Part shown: positions 28,266 through 36,477 of the stretch, one piece after another | How positions within the stretch are numbered: the stretch's first letter is position 1 | Layout: each line of letters begins with the position of its first letter | From: Escherchia phage Stokescottia | Strand: one strand, 5' to 3' | Length of the DNA: 64,000 nucleotides | Sequence record: OR896820.1 | The notes under the pieces: generated by a model | What the model was told of the DNA's origin: nothing | The model's database searches: none | Seen by the model: only the letters and a program-made list of their open reading frames with translations | Program-made: the position numbers and the translations under genes

Positions 28266-28344
28266 AGATCGCTAGCTCAATAGGTTTAGTAGCATCCGAC
28301 TTTTAATCGGAAGGTTCTGGGTTCGAGTCCCAGGCGATCTACCA
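28266..28344 (+). tRNA. tRNA-Lys (anticodon TTT)
   Basis: Acceptor AGATCGC/GCGATCT, loop CTTTTAA, discriminator A, CCA. Confidence 0.75.
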
Positions 28345-28363
28345 ATTTCAAGAAAAAACGCAG

Positions 28364-28392
28364 TTGCTTGATGCTTAATTTCTTGTTATAAT
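28364..28392 (+). promoter_or_regulatory. sigma70-type promoter driving leader RNA and tRNA block
   Basis: TTGCTT 28364-28369, TATAAT 28387-28392. Confidence 0.6.
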
Positions 28393-28629
28393 ATTTATAT
28401 AAATTGATGAGGAGAAATCCTCATCATAGTTCACTAAGGTATTAGCTCGACCTAGGACTGGCTGCCAAAAAGCACGATCCCCATGATTCGGGAGAAGTTC
28501 TAGATTGGTCCACTAGATTCAGCGGCAACTGAATAGTGTATTGGGTTTGCGAGATGACGCAGTTCCTTCCGCTCGAAGCGAAGGTGCTGTAGTTACGCCG
28601 AGCTAATAGCCTTAGTAAACTAAAGAATT

Positions 28630-28708
28630 TGGGGAATGGGTCTGCATGGAGTGGACACCTCGCTTGCACCGAGGACATCAGAACGGTTCGATTCCGTTAT
28701 TCTCCACC
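28630..28708 (+). tRNA. tRNA-Ala (anticodon TGC)
   Basis: Acceptor GGGGAAT/ATTCTCC with G3-U70, loop CTTGCAC, discriminator A, CCA. Confidence 0.7.
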
Positions 28709-28713
28709 AAATA

Positions 28714-28790
28714 CGCGTGATTGATGGAATTGGCATACATACCGTCCTTAGAAGTCGGGTTTTGAGGGTTCGAATCCCTTGTCACGCACC
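28714..28790 (+). tRNA. tRNA-Leu (anticodon TAG), type-I-like scaffold
   Basis: Acceptor GCGTGAT/GTCACGC, same scaffold as 24214..24290, loop CTTAGAA, discriminator A, CCA. Confidence 0.6.
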
Positions 28791-28902
28791 AAATTTGATG
28801 GTCAGAGTAAATTAAACCTACTATCTCGGTTGAGCTGTTTTAATGGGTTCGAATCCCAGCGAGGCGTAACTGCCTGGTGTGATAGAGGCATCATCTTATT
28901 AT
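28791..28902 (+). ncRNA. unassigned RNA element with T-arm-like hairpin
   Basis: ATGGG-TTCGAAT-CCCA motif with no pairing acceptor stem or CCA; adjacent hairpin AGGC-GTAACT-GCCT. Confidence 0.25.
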
Positions 28903-28993
28903 TGGAAGAGCAAATCGAATTGGCGACGAAAACCGCTTGGAAAGTGGCTGACTGGTAAAACGGCTTGAGAGTTCAAATCTCTCCTCTTCCGCC
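28903..28993 (+). tRNA. tRNA-Ser (anticodon GGA), long variable arm
   Basis: Acceptor GGAAGAG/CTCTTCC, loop TTGGAAA, 19-nt variable arm, discriminator G, CCA. Confidence 0.7.
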
Positions 28994-29013
28994 AAACACT
29001 TGAGGTAATAATA

Positions 29014-29361
29014 ATGCTAGCAAAAGATAAAGCTCTAGAGTTTTTAGCATCTTTAGATGAAGATAAGATTATAGATGCTGCTGAAAAAGCTGGAATGCCA
29101 GATTTAACATATCTGGAACGTGCTATTATTGCTCGTGATAAACTACAGAAAGAGTTTGCTATTGCTCAGGAGGAGTTTTATACTCGCTATAACGCTCTTA
29201 CTAAGCAAATTGAAAATGAGTGTTCTCATACTTGGGGAGTAACAGAAAACCTAGGTAATGATCACGATGGCTGGTCTAAAGTAAAAATTACCTACTACCA
29301 TCGTAGGACTTGTAAAATTTGTGGAAAAGTAGAAAACTTCACTAGTACGAGTGACTATTAG
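29014..29361 (+). CDS. hypothetical protein with C-terminal Cys pair
   Basis: ORF track; CSH...CKICG. Confidence 0.5.
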   Translation: MLAKDKALEFLASLDEDKIIDAAEKAGMPDLTYLERAIIARDKLQKEFAIAQEEFYTRYNALTKQIENECSHTWGVTENLGNDHDGWSKVKITYYHRRTCKICGKVENFTSTSDY

Positions 29362-29374
29362 TATAATAAATACT

Positions 29375-29464
29375 AGAAGATAGGACGTAGTGGTACGTAA
29401 CTGGTCTTGAAAACTAGCCCGCTGTAGTGATACGGTGATGGTTCGACTCCATTATCTTCTGCCA
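29375..29464 (+). tRNA. tRNA-Ser (anticodon TGA), long variable arm
   Basis: Acceptor AGAAGAT/ATCTTCT, loop CTTGAAA, long variable arm, discriminator G, CCA. Confidence 0.75.
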
Positions 29465-29665
29465 ATTAACTATAAGGAAATCTTATGAGCAAAACAGTTA
29501 CTGTAACAATGAAGGATGGTAAAAAATTTAAAGCATGTCTTCATGAAACAGATAAGGGATGGATGGCTTATTTGCCACACCTAGATTCCACCAGGTACGG
29601 AATGACCCAACGTGAAGCTATTGTTGATGCTTTAAATGAGGCTTCTGCTGGTTTATAAAAATTCT

Positions 29666-29796
29666 TGAAGTATGCCGGAATTGGTAGACGGGGCTGCCTA
29701 AAAGGTTTATAGAGAACATCCACTCTCTACAACATACCTCATAAAGCGGCTGAGATAAATGGTCTATCTCGTGAAGGTTCAAGTCCTTCTGCTTCT
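29666..29796 (+). ncRNA. tRNA-like element with ~40-nt insertion in the anticodon region (no encoded CCA)
   Basis: Acceptor TGAAGTA/TGCTTCT (6 pairs), D-arm CCG-GAATTGGTAGA-CGG, helix GCTGC/GCGGC enclosing 48 nt, hairpin GAGATA-AATGGTC-TATCTC, T-arm GAAGG-TTCAAGT-CCTTC. Confidence 0.35.
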
Positions 29797-30026
29797 TGAT
29801 ACATCTATGGCTCAAAGTGTAACGGTGCTATTTGATGCTCTTAGTAAGACTTCCCCGACATGCGTTCGGGAGTAAGCTGCTAAGGCTAGAGTAGAAGAGT
29901 TTCTGAGAGCCGCCACAATTGAAAATTCGTACTCGTCTTGAGCTGCGTGCAATAGGAGATAACTTGATTAGTATTCTAGAACATGCTAATTGAGGAAGGT
30001 TTCGCTAACCCTGCGAGTTTTCAATT

Positions 30027-30103
30027 GTGGCTATATCATAATTGGTTAATGATCCTGATTGTGAATCAGGCCTATGTGGATTCGAGTTCCACTAGCCACC
30101 CCA
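30027..30103 (+). tRNA. tRNA-His (anticodon GTG)
   Basis: Acceptor GTGGCTA/TAGCCAC, loop TTGTGAA, discriminator C, CCA; the 5' acceptor strand can also pair with 29910-29923. Confidence 0.7.
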
Positions 30104-30128
30104 AATTAACTTAAATAGGAAATAATAT

Positions 30129-30329
30129 ATGGCTGATTTCTGCAAACAATGCTCCATTGATATGTGGGGCAGAGATACTGGTGATCTTTCTGGTTTGATT
30201 ACAGAAGCCGAAGTTAAAGAAGGCTACGGTGCTGTTGTAATCTGTGAAGGTTGTGGTGTTATTCGTGTAGATCATGAAGGCAAACGTCTAGAAGAACCAG
30301 AACCAATAGCCACGGTTCCTGTAGAGTAA
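30129..30329 (+). CDS. Cys-rich small protein
   Basis: CKQC...CEGC pattern. Confidence 0.5.
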   Translation: MADFCKQCSIDMWGRDTGDLSGLITEAEVKEGYGAVVICEGCGVIRVDHEGKRLEEPEPIATVPVE

Positions 30330-30337
30330 AGAATTAT

Positions 30338-30413
30338 TGGAGTGTAGATCAATTGGCAGATCGTCGGCCTCTGACTTCGAAGGTTCCTGGTTCGATCCCA
30401 GGCACTCCAGCCA
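30338..30413 (+). tRNA. tRNA-Gln (anticodon CTG)
   Basis: Acceptor TGGAGTG/CACTCCA with U1-A72, D-stem GATC/GATC, loop CTCTGAC, discriminator G, CCA. Confidence 0.6.
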
Positions 30414-30419
30414 AATAAT

Positions 30420-30495
30420 TGGAGAGTAGTGTAACGGTTAGCACAACGGCCTTTGACTCCGTTAATGGTAGGTTCGATTCCTCCTTCTCCAGCCA
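30420..30495 (+). tRNA. tRNA-Gln (anticodon TTG)
   Basis: Acceptor TGGAGAG/TTCTCCA with U1-A72, loop CTTTGAC, discriminator G, CCA. Confidence 0.6.
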
Positions 30496-30503
30496 AACAA
30501 TAA

Positions 30504-30579
30504 GCGGTTAAGCACACGGGTTGTGTCGCAGGCCTTCCAAGCCTCGCTGAGTAGGGTTCGATTCCCTCTAGCCGCTCCA
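30504..30579 (+). tRNA. tRNA-Gly (anticodon TCC)
   Basis: Acceptor GCGGTTA/TAGCCGC, loop CTTCCAA, discriminator T, CCA. Confidence 0.65.
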
Positions 30580-30595
30580 ACTTTAAGGAAACGTT

Positions 30596-30817
30596 ATGCA
30601 CGTTTTTGAGTTTCGTAATAAAAGTACCGATAAACGAGTTATTGTTATTGGAGAAACATACCGAGCATATGAACAAACTGACGGCTCTGTTATCCTGAAT
30701 GATGAGAAAGGGGGTTTTAGCTTTTATCCCAAAGAAACTTACGAAGAATTTCGTACAAAGTTTCTTCTACCAGACTGGCTAGAAGTAGCGCAGCAACGAG
30801 AACCCGAAGATGGCTGA
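30596..30817 (+). CDS. hypothetical protein
   Basis: ORF track. Confidence 0.5.
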   Translation: MHVFEFRNKSTDKRVIVIGETYRAYEQTDGSVILNDEKGGFSFYPKETYEEFRTKFLLPDWLEVAQQREPEDG

Positions 30818-30982
30818 TAACCTAAAAGTCAAGATCGATAAACAAAAGAAACGTGTAGAAGTAGAGATTGGTGAAGAACGTGTAGCCTTCACCTTTGAAT
30901 TTCTACAACAAATGGCAATGACAGTCATGACTGATAAGTCTCCTGTTATTGAAAAAGAAATCCCGTTGAAATAACGGGTTCT

Positions 30983-31069
30983 GCTGGGTTGGCAGAATGG
31001 TTGAATGCACCTGATTTGTAATCAGGAGGAGTAATCCCATTGCAGGTTCGAATCCTGTGCCCAGCACCA
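30983..31069 (+). tRNA. tRNA-Thr (anticodon TGT) with 15-nt variable region
   Basis: Acceptor GCTGGGT/GCCCAGC, 3-bp D-stem with 11-nt loop, anticodon stem CCTGA/TCAGG, loop TTTGTAA, discriminator A, CCA. Confidence 0.6.
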
Positions 31070-31251
31070 ATTTAAGGACTAGTATGTTTAAACTGTTAGT
31101 AGTTATCTGGTATAGTCAATCAAATAGAGCGAATACCTCCCACGTTATAGACTTTAATACTAAAAATGAAGCTGAAAAAGCATATGCTAATTTAATAGAA
31201 CGTAATAAAGAATCTCGTAGTATAGTTTATGAAGTGACTAAACTTTATTAA
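31057..31251 (+). CDS. hypothetical protein
   Basis: ORF track; 5' end overlaps tRNA-Thr, so the true start is probably downstream. Confidence 0.4.
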   Translation: MPSTNLRTSMFKLLVVIWYSQSNRANTSHVIDFNTKNEAEKAYANLIERNKESRSIVYEVTKLY

Positions 31252-31259
31252 AAATTCAT

Positions 31260-31288
31260 TTGCTTTCTCTCTTATTTCTTGTTATAAT
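31260..31288 (+). promoter_or_regulatory. sigma70-type early promoter
   Basis: TTGCTT 31260-31265, TATAAT 31283-31288. Confidence 0.6.
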
Positions 31289-31318
31289 ACTTGTATAAAT
31301 TAATGAGAGGGAAACCAA

Positions 31319-31612
31319 ATGAAACGTTATCTTTCTGTTATGTTCCAAACTGGTGGTCAACGCTATACCTATGAATTTCCATCTTCTTGGAAAATCAAAG
31401 AAGGTGATCAAGTAGTTGTACTAACACCGCGTGATGGGTACAAGGTAGTAACGGTTAAGCAAGTCTTTCCAAAAGATTATACACCATCTAAGTCTATTAA
31501 TTATAAGATGATTCATGGTGTAGTTCGTCAAGTACCCCGAGTGGACATCGAGGTCAAAGTAGATAAAGATGGTAAACTTAAATATACCTCTTGCTTAGAA
31601 GAGTTGCTATAA
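31319..31612 (+). CDS. hypothetical protein
   Basis: ORF track. Confidence 0.5.
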   Translation: MKRYLSVMFQTGGQRYTYEFPSSWKIKEGDQVVVLTPRDGYKVVTVKQVFPKDYTPSKSINYKMIHGVVRQVPRVDIEVKVDKDGKLKYTSCLEELL

Positions 31613-31818
31613 TGAGGATTACTTTTACAGAAAAGATCATGAGTAATGGTGTTATGATCATTACTGCATGGGATGGTAATCAGTGGTGTAGTGTTTCAGG
31701 TATTAAGCCTGAAGAACAAACACTAGAAAATATCTCAAAGATTAAGCGAAGAATGGCAGAACGTGCACGACTTCCAGGTGCACCTAGAAATGGCAAACGT
31801 TCTGCAATTAAATGTTAA
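31591..31818 (+). CDS. hypothetical protein
   Basis: ORF track. Confidence 0.45.
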   Translation: MLRRVAIMRITFTEKIMSNGVMIITAWDGNQWCSVSGIKPEEQTLENISKIKRRMAERARLPGAPRNGKRSAIKC

Positions 31819-31819
31819 T

Positions 31820-31896
31820 GCTTCGGTAGCTTAGCGATCTAAAGCACTCGGCTGATAACCGAGAGATCGGGGGTTTAAATCCCTCCCGGAGTACCA
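31820..31896 (+). tRNA. tRNA-Ile (anticodon GAT)
   Basis: Acceptor GCTTCGG/CCGGAGT, D-stem GCTT/AAGC, loop CTGATAA, T-loop TTTAAAT, discriminator A, CCA. Confidence 0.7.
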
Positions 31897-31992
31897 AATT
31901 TAGGAATTAAGACTATGCGTCCAGGAAAGTTTAAAAAAGCTAATTGGTCTAAAGAGTATAAAGAATACTTACTTAGTCTAGTAAAACATAAC

Positions 31993-32068
31993 AGTTAGTT
32001 GGCAGAGTGGTTATGCACCTCCTTCATACGGAGCGACTACAGTGGTTCAAATCCACTACTAACTACCA
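31993..32068 (+). tRNA. tRNA with CAT anticodon (Met or Ile-lysidine type)
   Basis: Acceptor AGTTAGT/ACTAACT, loop TTCATAC, T-arm AGTGG-TTCAAAT-CCACT, discriminator A, CCA. Confidence 0.6.
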
Positions 32069-32105
32069 TTAAAATAGCTAGAGATAGCTAAATTTAGGAG
32101 CAGCT

Positions 32106-32300
32106 ATGTTAACAATTAAAATAATGTCAGCCAAGAATGGGGAACAGATTCACACAGGCAAAAGTGTAAGCTTTAATCCTAGAAATAAAAGATTGGCTAT
32201 AGTTAGAGTAGACCAAGCCATCTTTTTAAAAGAAGATGAAGTAGCATATGTCATGAACCAAACTGGTAAGACAGTTTCCGTATACTATGGAAAAGTATAA
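32106..32300 (+). CDS. hypothetical protein
   Basis: ORF track. Confidence 0.45.
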   Translation: MLTIKIMSAKNGEQIHTGKSVSFNPRNKRLAIVRVDQAIFLKEDEVAYVMNQTGKTVSVYYGKV

Positions 32301-32342
32301 AGAATAAAGAGCTGAGCCAAATTCTAACATCGGGGAGATCTA

Positions 32343-32711
32343 ATGAAAGCATATCAAAATCTTAAATCTGGCGTAATTAACCTTGTTCATGAAAATCAGA
32401 TTATTCAGCTATACTCCGACAACGGTGAACTTAAACAGAAAGTTCTAGTTGAAGATCTAGAAGGTATCACACCACAATTCGATCCTGAAGCCTTCCGTGA
32501 AGTTAAGGTGGAAGTCGCACCTCAAATCGAAGGTGGTCAGCACCTAAATGTCAATGTGTTAAGTCGTGATCAGCTTTTGGATGCACAGAAACACCCTGAA
32601 AAATACCCTCAATTAACTATCCGTGTATCTGGCTACGCTGTTCGATTTAACGCGCTGACTCGTGAACAACAGAACGACGTTATTAGTCGTACATTTACTC
32701 AGGCGATGTAA
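32343..32711 (+). CDS. grcA: autonomous glycyl radical cofactor (YfiD/GrcA-like)
   Basis: C-terminal [11 protein letters not shown]...[33 protein letters not shown] closely matches the GrcA glycyl-radical domain. Confidence 0.85.
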   Translation: MKAYQNLKSGVINLVHENQIIQLYSDNGELKQKVLVEDLEGITPQFDPEAFREVKVEVAPQIEGGQHLNVNVLSRDQLLDAQKHPEKYPQLTIRVSGYAVRFNALTREQQNDVISRTFTQAM

Positions 32712-32792
32712 TGGGGTTTGGATACGATTTCTCCCAGCTACGCAAGGTAGTCGAGCAAACTCCATTTATCTCCCAAGTTTTAGGAGAAATGT

Positions 32793-33107
32793 GTGGATCG
32801 AGCATTGAGACGCCATCACCGGCAACGTGTGAAGAACAACCGCAAGAAGTATTGGACAGTCTTCCCACATGAAGAAAGCCCTAAGCGGTTAGGTATTATC
32901 ACTACTACTCCTTGCATCTGTTCTTGTTGGATGTGTGGGAACCCTCGCAAATATTATAAGAATAGTAAAGCAGGCATGAAAATCTCGGAGATTAGGAAAA
33001 TGGAAGCAATGATTATGGGCATCTCAAATGATGAATTTGATGGCTTTGTAGGATTCGGAGAAGGAATCAGCTCAGGCTGTTTCGAAGATGAACGCCCCGA
33101 TCTGTAA
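32793..33107 (+). CDS. hypothetical protein
   Basis: ORF track. Confidence 0.4.
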   Translation: MDRALRRHHRQRVKNNRKKYWTVFPHEESPKRLGIITTTPCICSCWMCGNPRKYYKNSKAGMKISEIRKMEAMIMGISNDEFDGFVGFGEGISSGCFEDERPDL

Positions 33108-33116
33108 TTAATAACA

Positions 33117-33151
33117 AACCCCAGCTATTGAATAAGTAGTCTGGGGTTTTT
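33117..33151 (+). terminator. rho-independent terminator
   Basis: AACCCCAG...CTGGGGTT hairpin followed by T-run. Confidence 0.65.
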
Positions 33152-33228
33152 CTGTATACAGGAAAATAGTTTATGTATAATAAAATTCATCCACATTAGG
33201 TTAATTTAAAAGACTTAATGGAGGTAAT

Positions 33229-33576
33229 ATGAGCCGTACTTATCGTAGACAATCTGGTGATCAGTGGTGGAAATCTAAAGAACAATTCTCTCAAGAATAT
33301 TCTTTCCTCAAAGAAAATGGCTACTGGATTCGCGTTATTTATGCCAAATCCTGGGACGACATCAAAAAAGAAATGAAGGAAGCAACCATTCGTAATGAGA
33401 AAAAGGATGGTTATAACTGGAATTCTATTAGTAAGAATGTTAAGTGGCATTCTAATAAAATGGTTCGTCAAGGGAATCGTCAAGAACTCCACCGCGTGAT
33501 GAAAGATCCAGAAAATTATGACTATAATCGCGATCATGACATGCGTAAGCGTGGATTATGGTGGTGCTATGACTAA
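33229..33576 (+). CDS. hypothetical protein
   Basis: ORF track; RBS ggaggt. Confidence 0.5.
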   Translation: MSRTYRRQSGDQWWKSKEQFSQEYSFLKENGYWIRVIYAKSWDDIKKEMKEATIRNEKKDGYNWNSISKNVKWHSNKMVRQGNRQELHRVMKDPENYDYNRDHDMRKRGLWWCYD

Positions 33577-33593
33577 ATTCTGAAATAATTCAT

Positions 33594-33622
33594 TTGCTAA
33601 ACCTCTCTTTTCTTGCTATAAT
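33594..33622 (+). promoter_or_regulatory. sigma70-type early promoter
   Basis: TTGCTA 33594-33599, TATAAT 33617-33622. Confidence 0.6.
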
Positions 33623-33652
33623 ATGTTTATAAATTGATGAGAGAGGTTTGAA

Positions 33653-33934
33653 ATGAAAACTCGTCTAGACTGTGCTGTTCATGTTCTTGAACATGATGTT
33701 GCGGGAACCTGTATGTCTTACCACGAAGCAGGTCGTTTAATTAAAGAACGTGTGGCAGATGTGTGCGGATTGAAGATTACTGCTGAGGAAGCTGATGATC
33801 TTTTAGGCCAAGCACTGGAGAAAACCGAAATGTTTCTCTGCGATTCTTGTTCTTGGTGGTGTGAAGCTCACGAACGTTCTTTCAACGATTATGATGTATG
33901 TCGTGATTGTAGTGGGGAGGATGAAGATGAGTAA
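33653..33934 (+). CDS. Cys-rich small protein
   Basis: CDSCSWWC and CRDCSG motifs. Confidence 0.5.
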   Translation: MKTRLDCAVHVLEHDVAGTCMSYHEAGRLIKERVADVCGLKITAEEADDLLGQALEKTEMFLCDSCSWWCEAHERSFNDYDVCRDCSGEDEDE

Positions 33935-34226
33935 GCTTATTATTGCACTGATGATCTCCGCAGTTAGTTTCGGTTCTCTGGCATCTACCAAAGTTTCTAT
34001 GAAAAATGGTAATGTTAAAGTCCAACAGAACGGCATTATTACCGAGTATGGTAAAGTTCGTGATGTTAAGGAACGTAATGGTAAAGTAGAAATATATACT
34101 AATAAAAACTTCTCTACTCCAGCCGTTACTATTAGCAAACGCGGTGAAATAACCACTCAACGTACTAATAGTTCTGATTCTTTTACTTGTCGTTATGATT
34201 GCGACTTTGAAGGTGAAGATGAATAA
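33927..34226 (+). CDS. secreted/periplasmic small protein
   Basis: ATGA overlap with upstream stop; signal-peptide-like N-terminus. Confidence 0.5.
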   Translation: MSKLIIALMISAVSFGSLASTKVSMKNGNVKVQQNGIITEYGKVRDVKERNGKVEIYTNKNFSTPAVTISKRGEITTQRTNSSDSFTCRYDCDFEGEDE

Positions 34227-34638
34227 TTTAGACCCTAGAATTAAATTTGCAATTACAGAAATCCAAGATCAAATTGATGAGGACTTCACTGTTTGGTCAA
34301 GGTCTGGTAATGGAGAATATTGCCAGCTTTATAGCATGAAAATGGGTATCTCAATTGAGCTTAATATCAACTCTGAAGGTAGAGTAGAAGCCCAACCCAT
34401 GTTCAGTGTTCCAGGCTTCTCTGGATTTGTTGCAGGTATAAAATTGTGTCTACCAAATAACCATCTTCATCGAGTTATTTGTCAGCTAGTGACTATTAAG
34501 CATTTCTTGCCAGAAGGTAACATTAATGACTACTACCATGAAGTTGTAGCAGCTCATATGATGAAAGAACGCAAACGTCGGAGAGAAGAACGTGAAAAGA
34601 CTAAACATCAACAGCACAGTGCAGATTCCAGCAACTAA
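34195..34638 (+). CDS. hypothetical protein
   Basis: ORF track. Confidence 0.5.
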   Translation: MIATLKVKMNNLDPRIKFAITEIQDQIDEDFTVWSRSGNGEYCQLYSMKMGISIELNINSEGRVEAQPMFSVPGFSGFVAGIKLCLPNNHLHRVICQLVTIKHFLPEGNINDYYHEVVAAHMMKERKRRREEREKTKHQQHSADSSN

Positions 34639-34888
34639 GGATGTTTTAACATTCCTACGTAGTGAGAATACCCAATTTTGGCATGACTATATTCAGGAAA
34701 ATAAAAATAATCCAGGTATAGTTGCTTTTGCCAAGAAACGTATCGAAGAATATAAAGATCCAGAGATTAAAGATGGGATGATCACAATGCAATTGTGGGT
34801 AGCCATGAATACGTTTGGACCCACTATGAGTCTAGGAGTTACTCCACTGTTTACTAATATTCTAATTAATGAAAAGGATCTGAAATGA
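34592..34888 (+). CDS. hypothetical protein
   Basis: ORF track. Confidence 0.45.
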   Translation: MKRLNINSTVQIPATKDVLTFLRSENTQFWHDYIQENKNNPGIVAFAKKRIEEYKDPEIKDGMITMQLWVAMNTFGPTMSLGVTPLFTNILINEKDLK

Positions 34889-35169
34889 TTGTTTCTCCGT
34901 TTGCTCTTTGGTTCGTCATTGGGTCTGTGGTTGCTATTTACAGCTTGGTTGATGATCTGTATATTTCTAAGAATAAAGATGTAATATTATACGTTATACG
35001 TAAAACTCGACCGTTAGATCTGCCACCTCTTGATGATAAAACATTACTCAGATGTGCTAGATCTGTGATATTTATTGTGGATATTCTTCTAGGCCCAACA
35101 TCTGTGTTTTTCTTTTATAGAAAAACTCGTAATATGAAAAAATTTAAAGCTGAAATGCAGAATACTTAA
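34885..35169 (+). CDS. membrane protein
   Basis: Two hydrophobic segments. Confidence 0.45.
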   Translation: MIVSPFALWFVIGSVVAIYSLVDDLYISKNKDVILYVIRKTRPLDLPPLDDKTLLRCARSVIFIVDILLGPTSVFFFYRKTRNMKKFKAEMQNT

Positions 35170-35243
35170 AGAACTCGCGTAGGACCGAGTTGCGTCACCT
35201 GCAACTGTTACGGATAAGGGAGTCGTGCCCCTTAGTGCGGTAA

Positions 35244-35624
35244 GTGGTGAGGTGGCTGCTAGCCCTAACTGGAGATAATATGACTATATTACTAATTCTT
35301 GTTACAACTTGGTTTTTAATCGGTGCTGGATATGCGATAGCTATTATTAGACATTTGGACGAATATTCTGCTGAATGGTTTATTAAGTATCTACGTATTG
35401 ATGATCAAGAACAGAAGTTTAAAGATGAAAAGCAGAAAAAAGCAGTAAATAATATGACAGCCAAAGAATGCTTGTTCTACATGCGTATTGTAGGGTTCTT
35501 TGGACTATTAGTTGCTGGCCCAATTGGTTCTACCATTGCTCCGTATAAAGAAACAGTTGCTGACATCAAATTGTGGAGAAATGCAGGGGTACTGCGTAAA
35601 GCTAGAGAAACTAATATTACATAA
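35244..35624 (+). CDS. membrane protein
   Basis: Hydrophobic N- and C-terminal segments. Confidence 0.45.
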   Translation: MVRWLLALTGDNMTILLILVTTWFLIGAGYAIAIIRHLDEYSAEWFIKYLRIDDQEQKFKDEKQKKAVNNMTAKECLFYMRIVGFFGLLVAGPIGSTIAPYKETVADIKLWRNAGVLRKARETNIT

Positions 35625-35718
35625 GATTGATACTAAATCAACTTACTAGCAAAAGCAAATAATGACAAAGCCCAGCTTGCACTTTTGCGACTGGGCTATT
35701 TTTATAATAAAATTTTAG

Positions 35719-35747
35719 TTGCTTAGATGCCCAAACTTTTGTATAAT
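35719..35747 (+). promoter_or_regulatory. sigma70-type early promoter
   Basis: TTGCTT 35719-35724, TATAAT 35742-35747. Confidence 0.6.
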
Positions 35748-35778
35748 ATGTTTATAGATTGAGGCAAGAGGATTAAAT

Positions 35779-36477
35779 ATGAGGATTATTTCTAAGTTCG
35801 CCGATGTGTATGATTTGCAGAACAGTTTGTTCGACCCAGATCGTGTGTGGGAACGTAAAACTGAGGAGTTACTGGTTAAAGTAACCGATGATGCAGAAAA
35901 GAACATTGTGCATACTCGCCAGGTATTTCGTGATGGTTCGCTATCTTTCCGTGGTGATTTCGAATACTTCGTAAACCCCCTATTTGTTGCAGGTGAAGTT
36001 TACTGGTTACACGAGCTGTACTGCTGGCATCCAGCATTTAGCTTCAAAACGTTTAATCTCGACACTATGTTTGATAAAATGGAAGAGATGGGATTACATG
36101 CTCGCTCTTACTTAATGGATAAGAGTCGTGGAGATGTTCGTGAAACAATGCGTGATCTACTAGCTGAAGCAAAACCTAAAGCAGAACGTATCTTATCCGA
36201 ACTGCGTGTACCGATTGCATATGTGAAAGGTATTAAAAAGAACGATAACGATGATGTTCGTAACTTCGTAATTCAGACTAACATTCGTTTCCATCAGTCC
36301 GGTATTCCGTGGCAGGAAATTGAAAGCAACTTATACCGTTTACACCAAGTTCTCGAACAGTATATCTTCGGTGTACTAGGAACTGGTGAGCCTGATATGA
36401 TTAAAGTATCAGATAAAGACAGGTTAGCAGCGCATGGATTTGATACAAAAACTTCTTTCAGGAATATGGCGCGGTAA
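35779..36477 (+). CDS. hypothetical protein
   Basis: 232 aa; ORF track. Confidence 0.55.
   Translation: MRIISKFADVYDLQNSLFDPDRVWERKTEELLVKVTDDAEKNIVHTRQVFRDGSLSFRGDFEYFVNPLFVAGEVYWLHELYCWHPAFSFKTFNLDTMFDKMEEMGLHARSYLMDKSRGDVRETMRDLLAEAKPKAERILSELRVPIAYVKGIKKNDNDDVRNFVIQTNIRFHQSGIPWQEIESNLYRLHQVLEQYIFGVLGTGEPDMIKVSDKDRLAAHGFDTKTSFRNMAR

Noticed and set aside
28393-28708. tmRNA spanning the leader plus downstream T-arm/CCA
   Set aside because: The 3' portion folds as a complete tRNA-Ala with G3-U70 on its own, and no tag reading frame ending in a hydrophobic ..AA-stop was found in the leader.
23529-30676. Minus-strand ORFs from the ORF track overlapping tRNA genes (23529..23711, 25283..25501, 27769..28035, 28442..28678, 29618..29815, 30272..30676)
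   Set aside because: They lie antisense to well-formed tRNA cloverleafs or structured RNA, lack RBS context and contradict the plus-strand organisation; treated as spurious.
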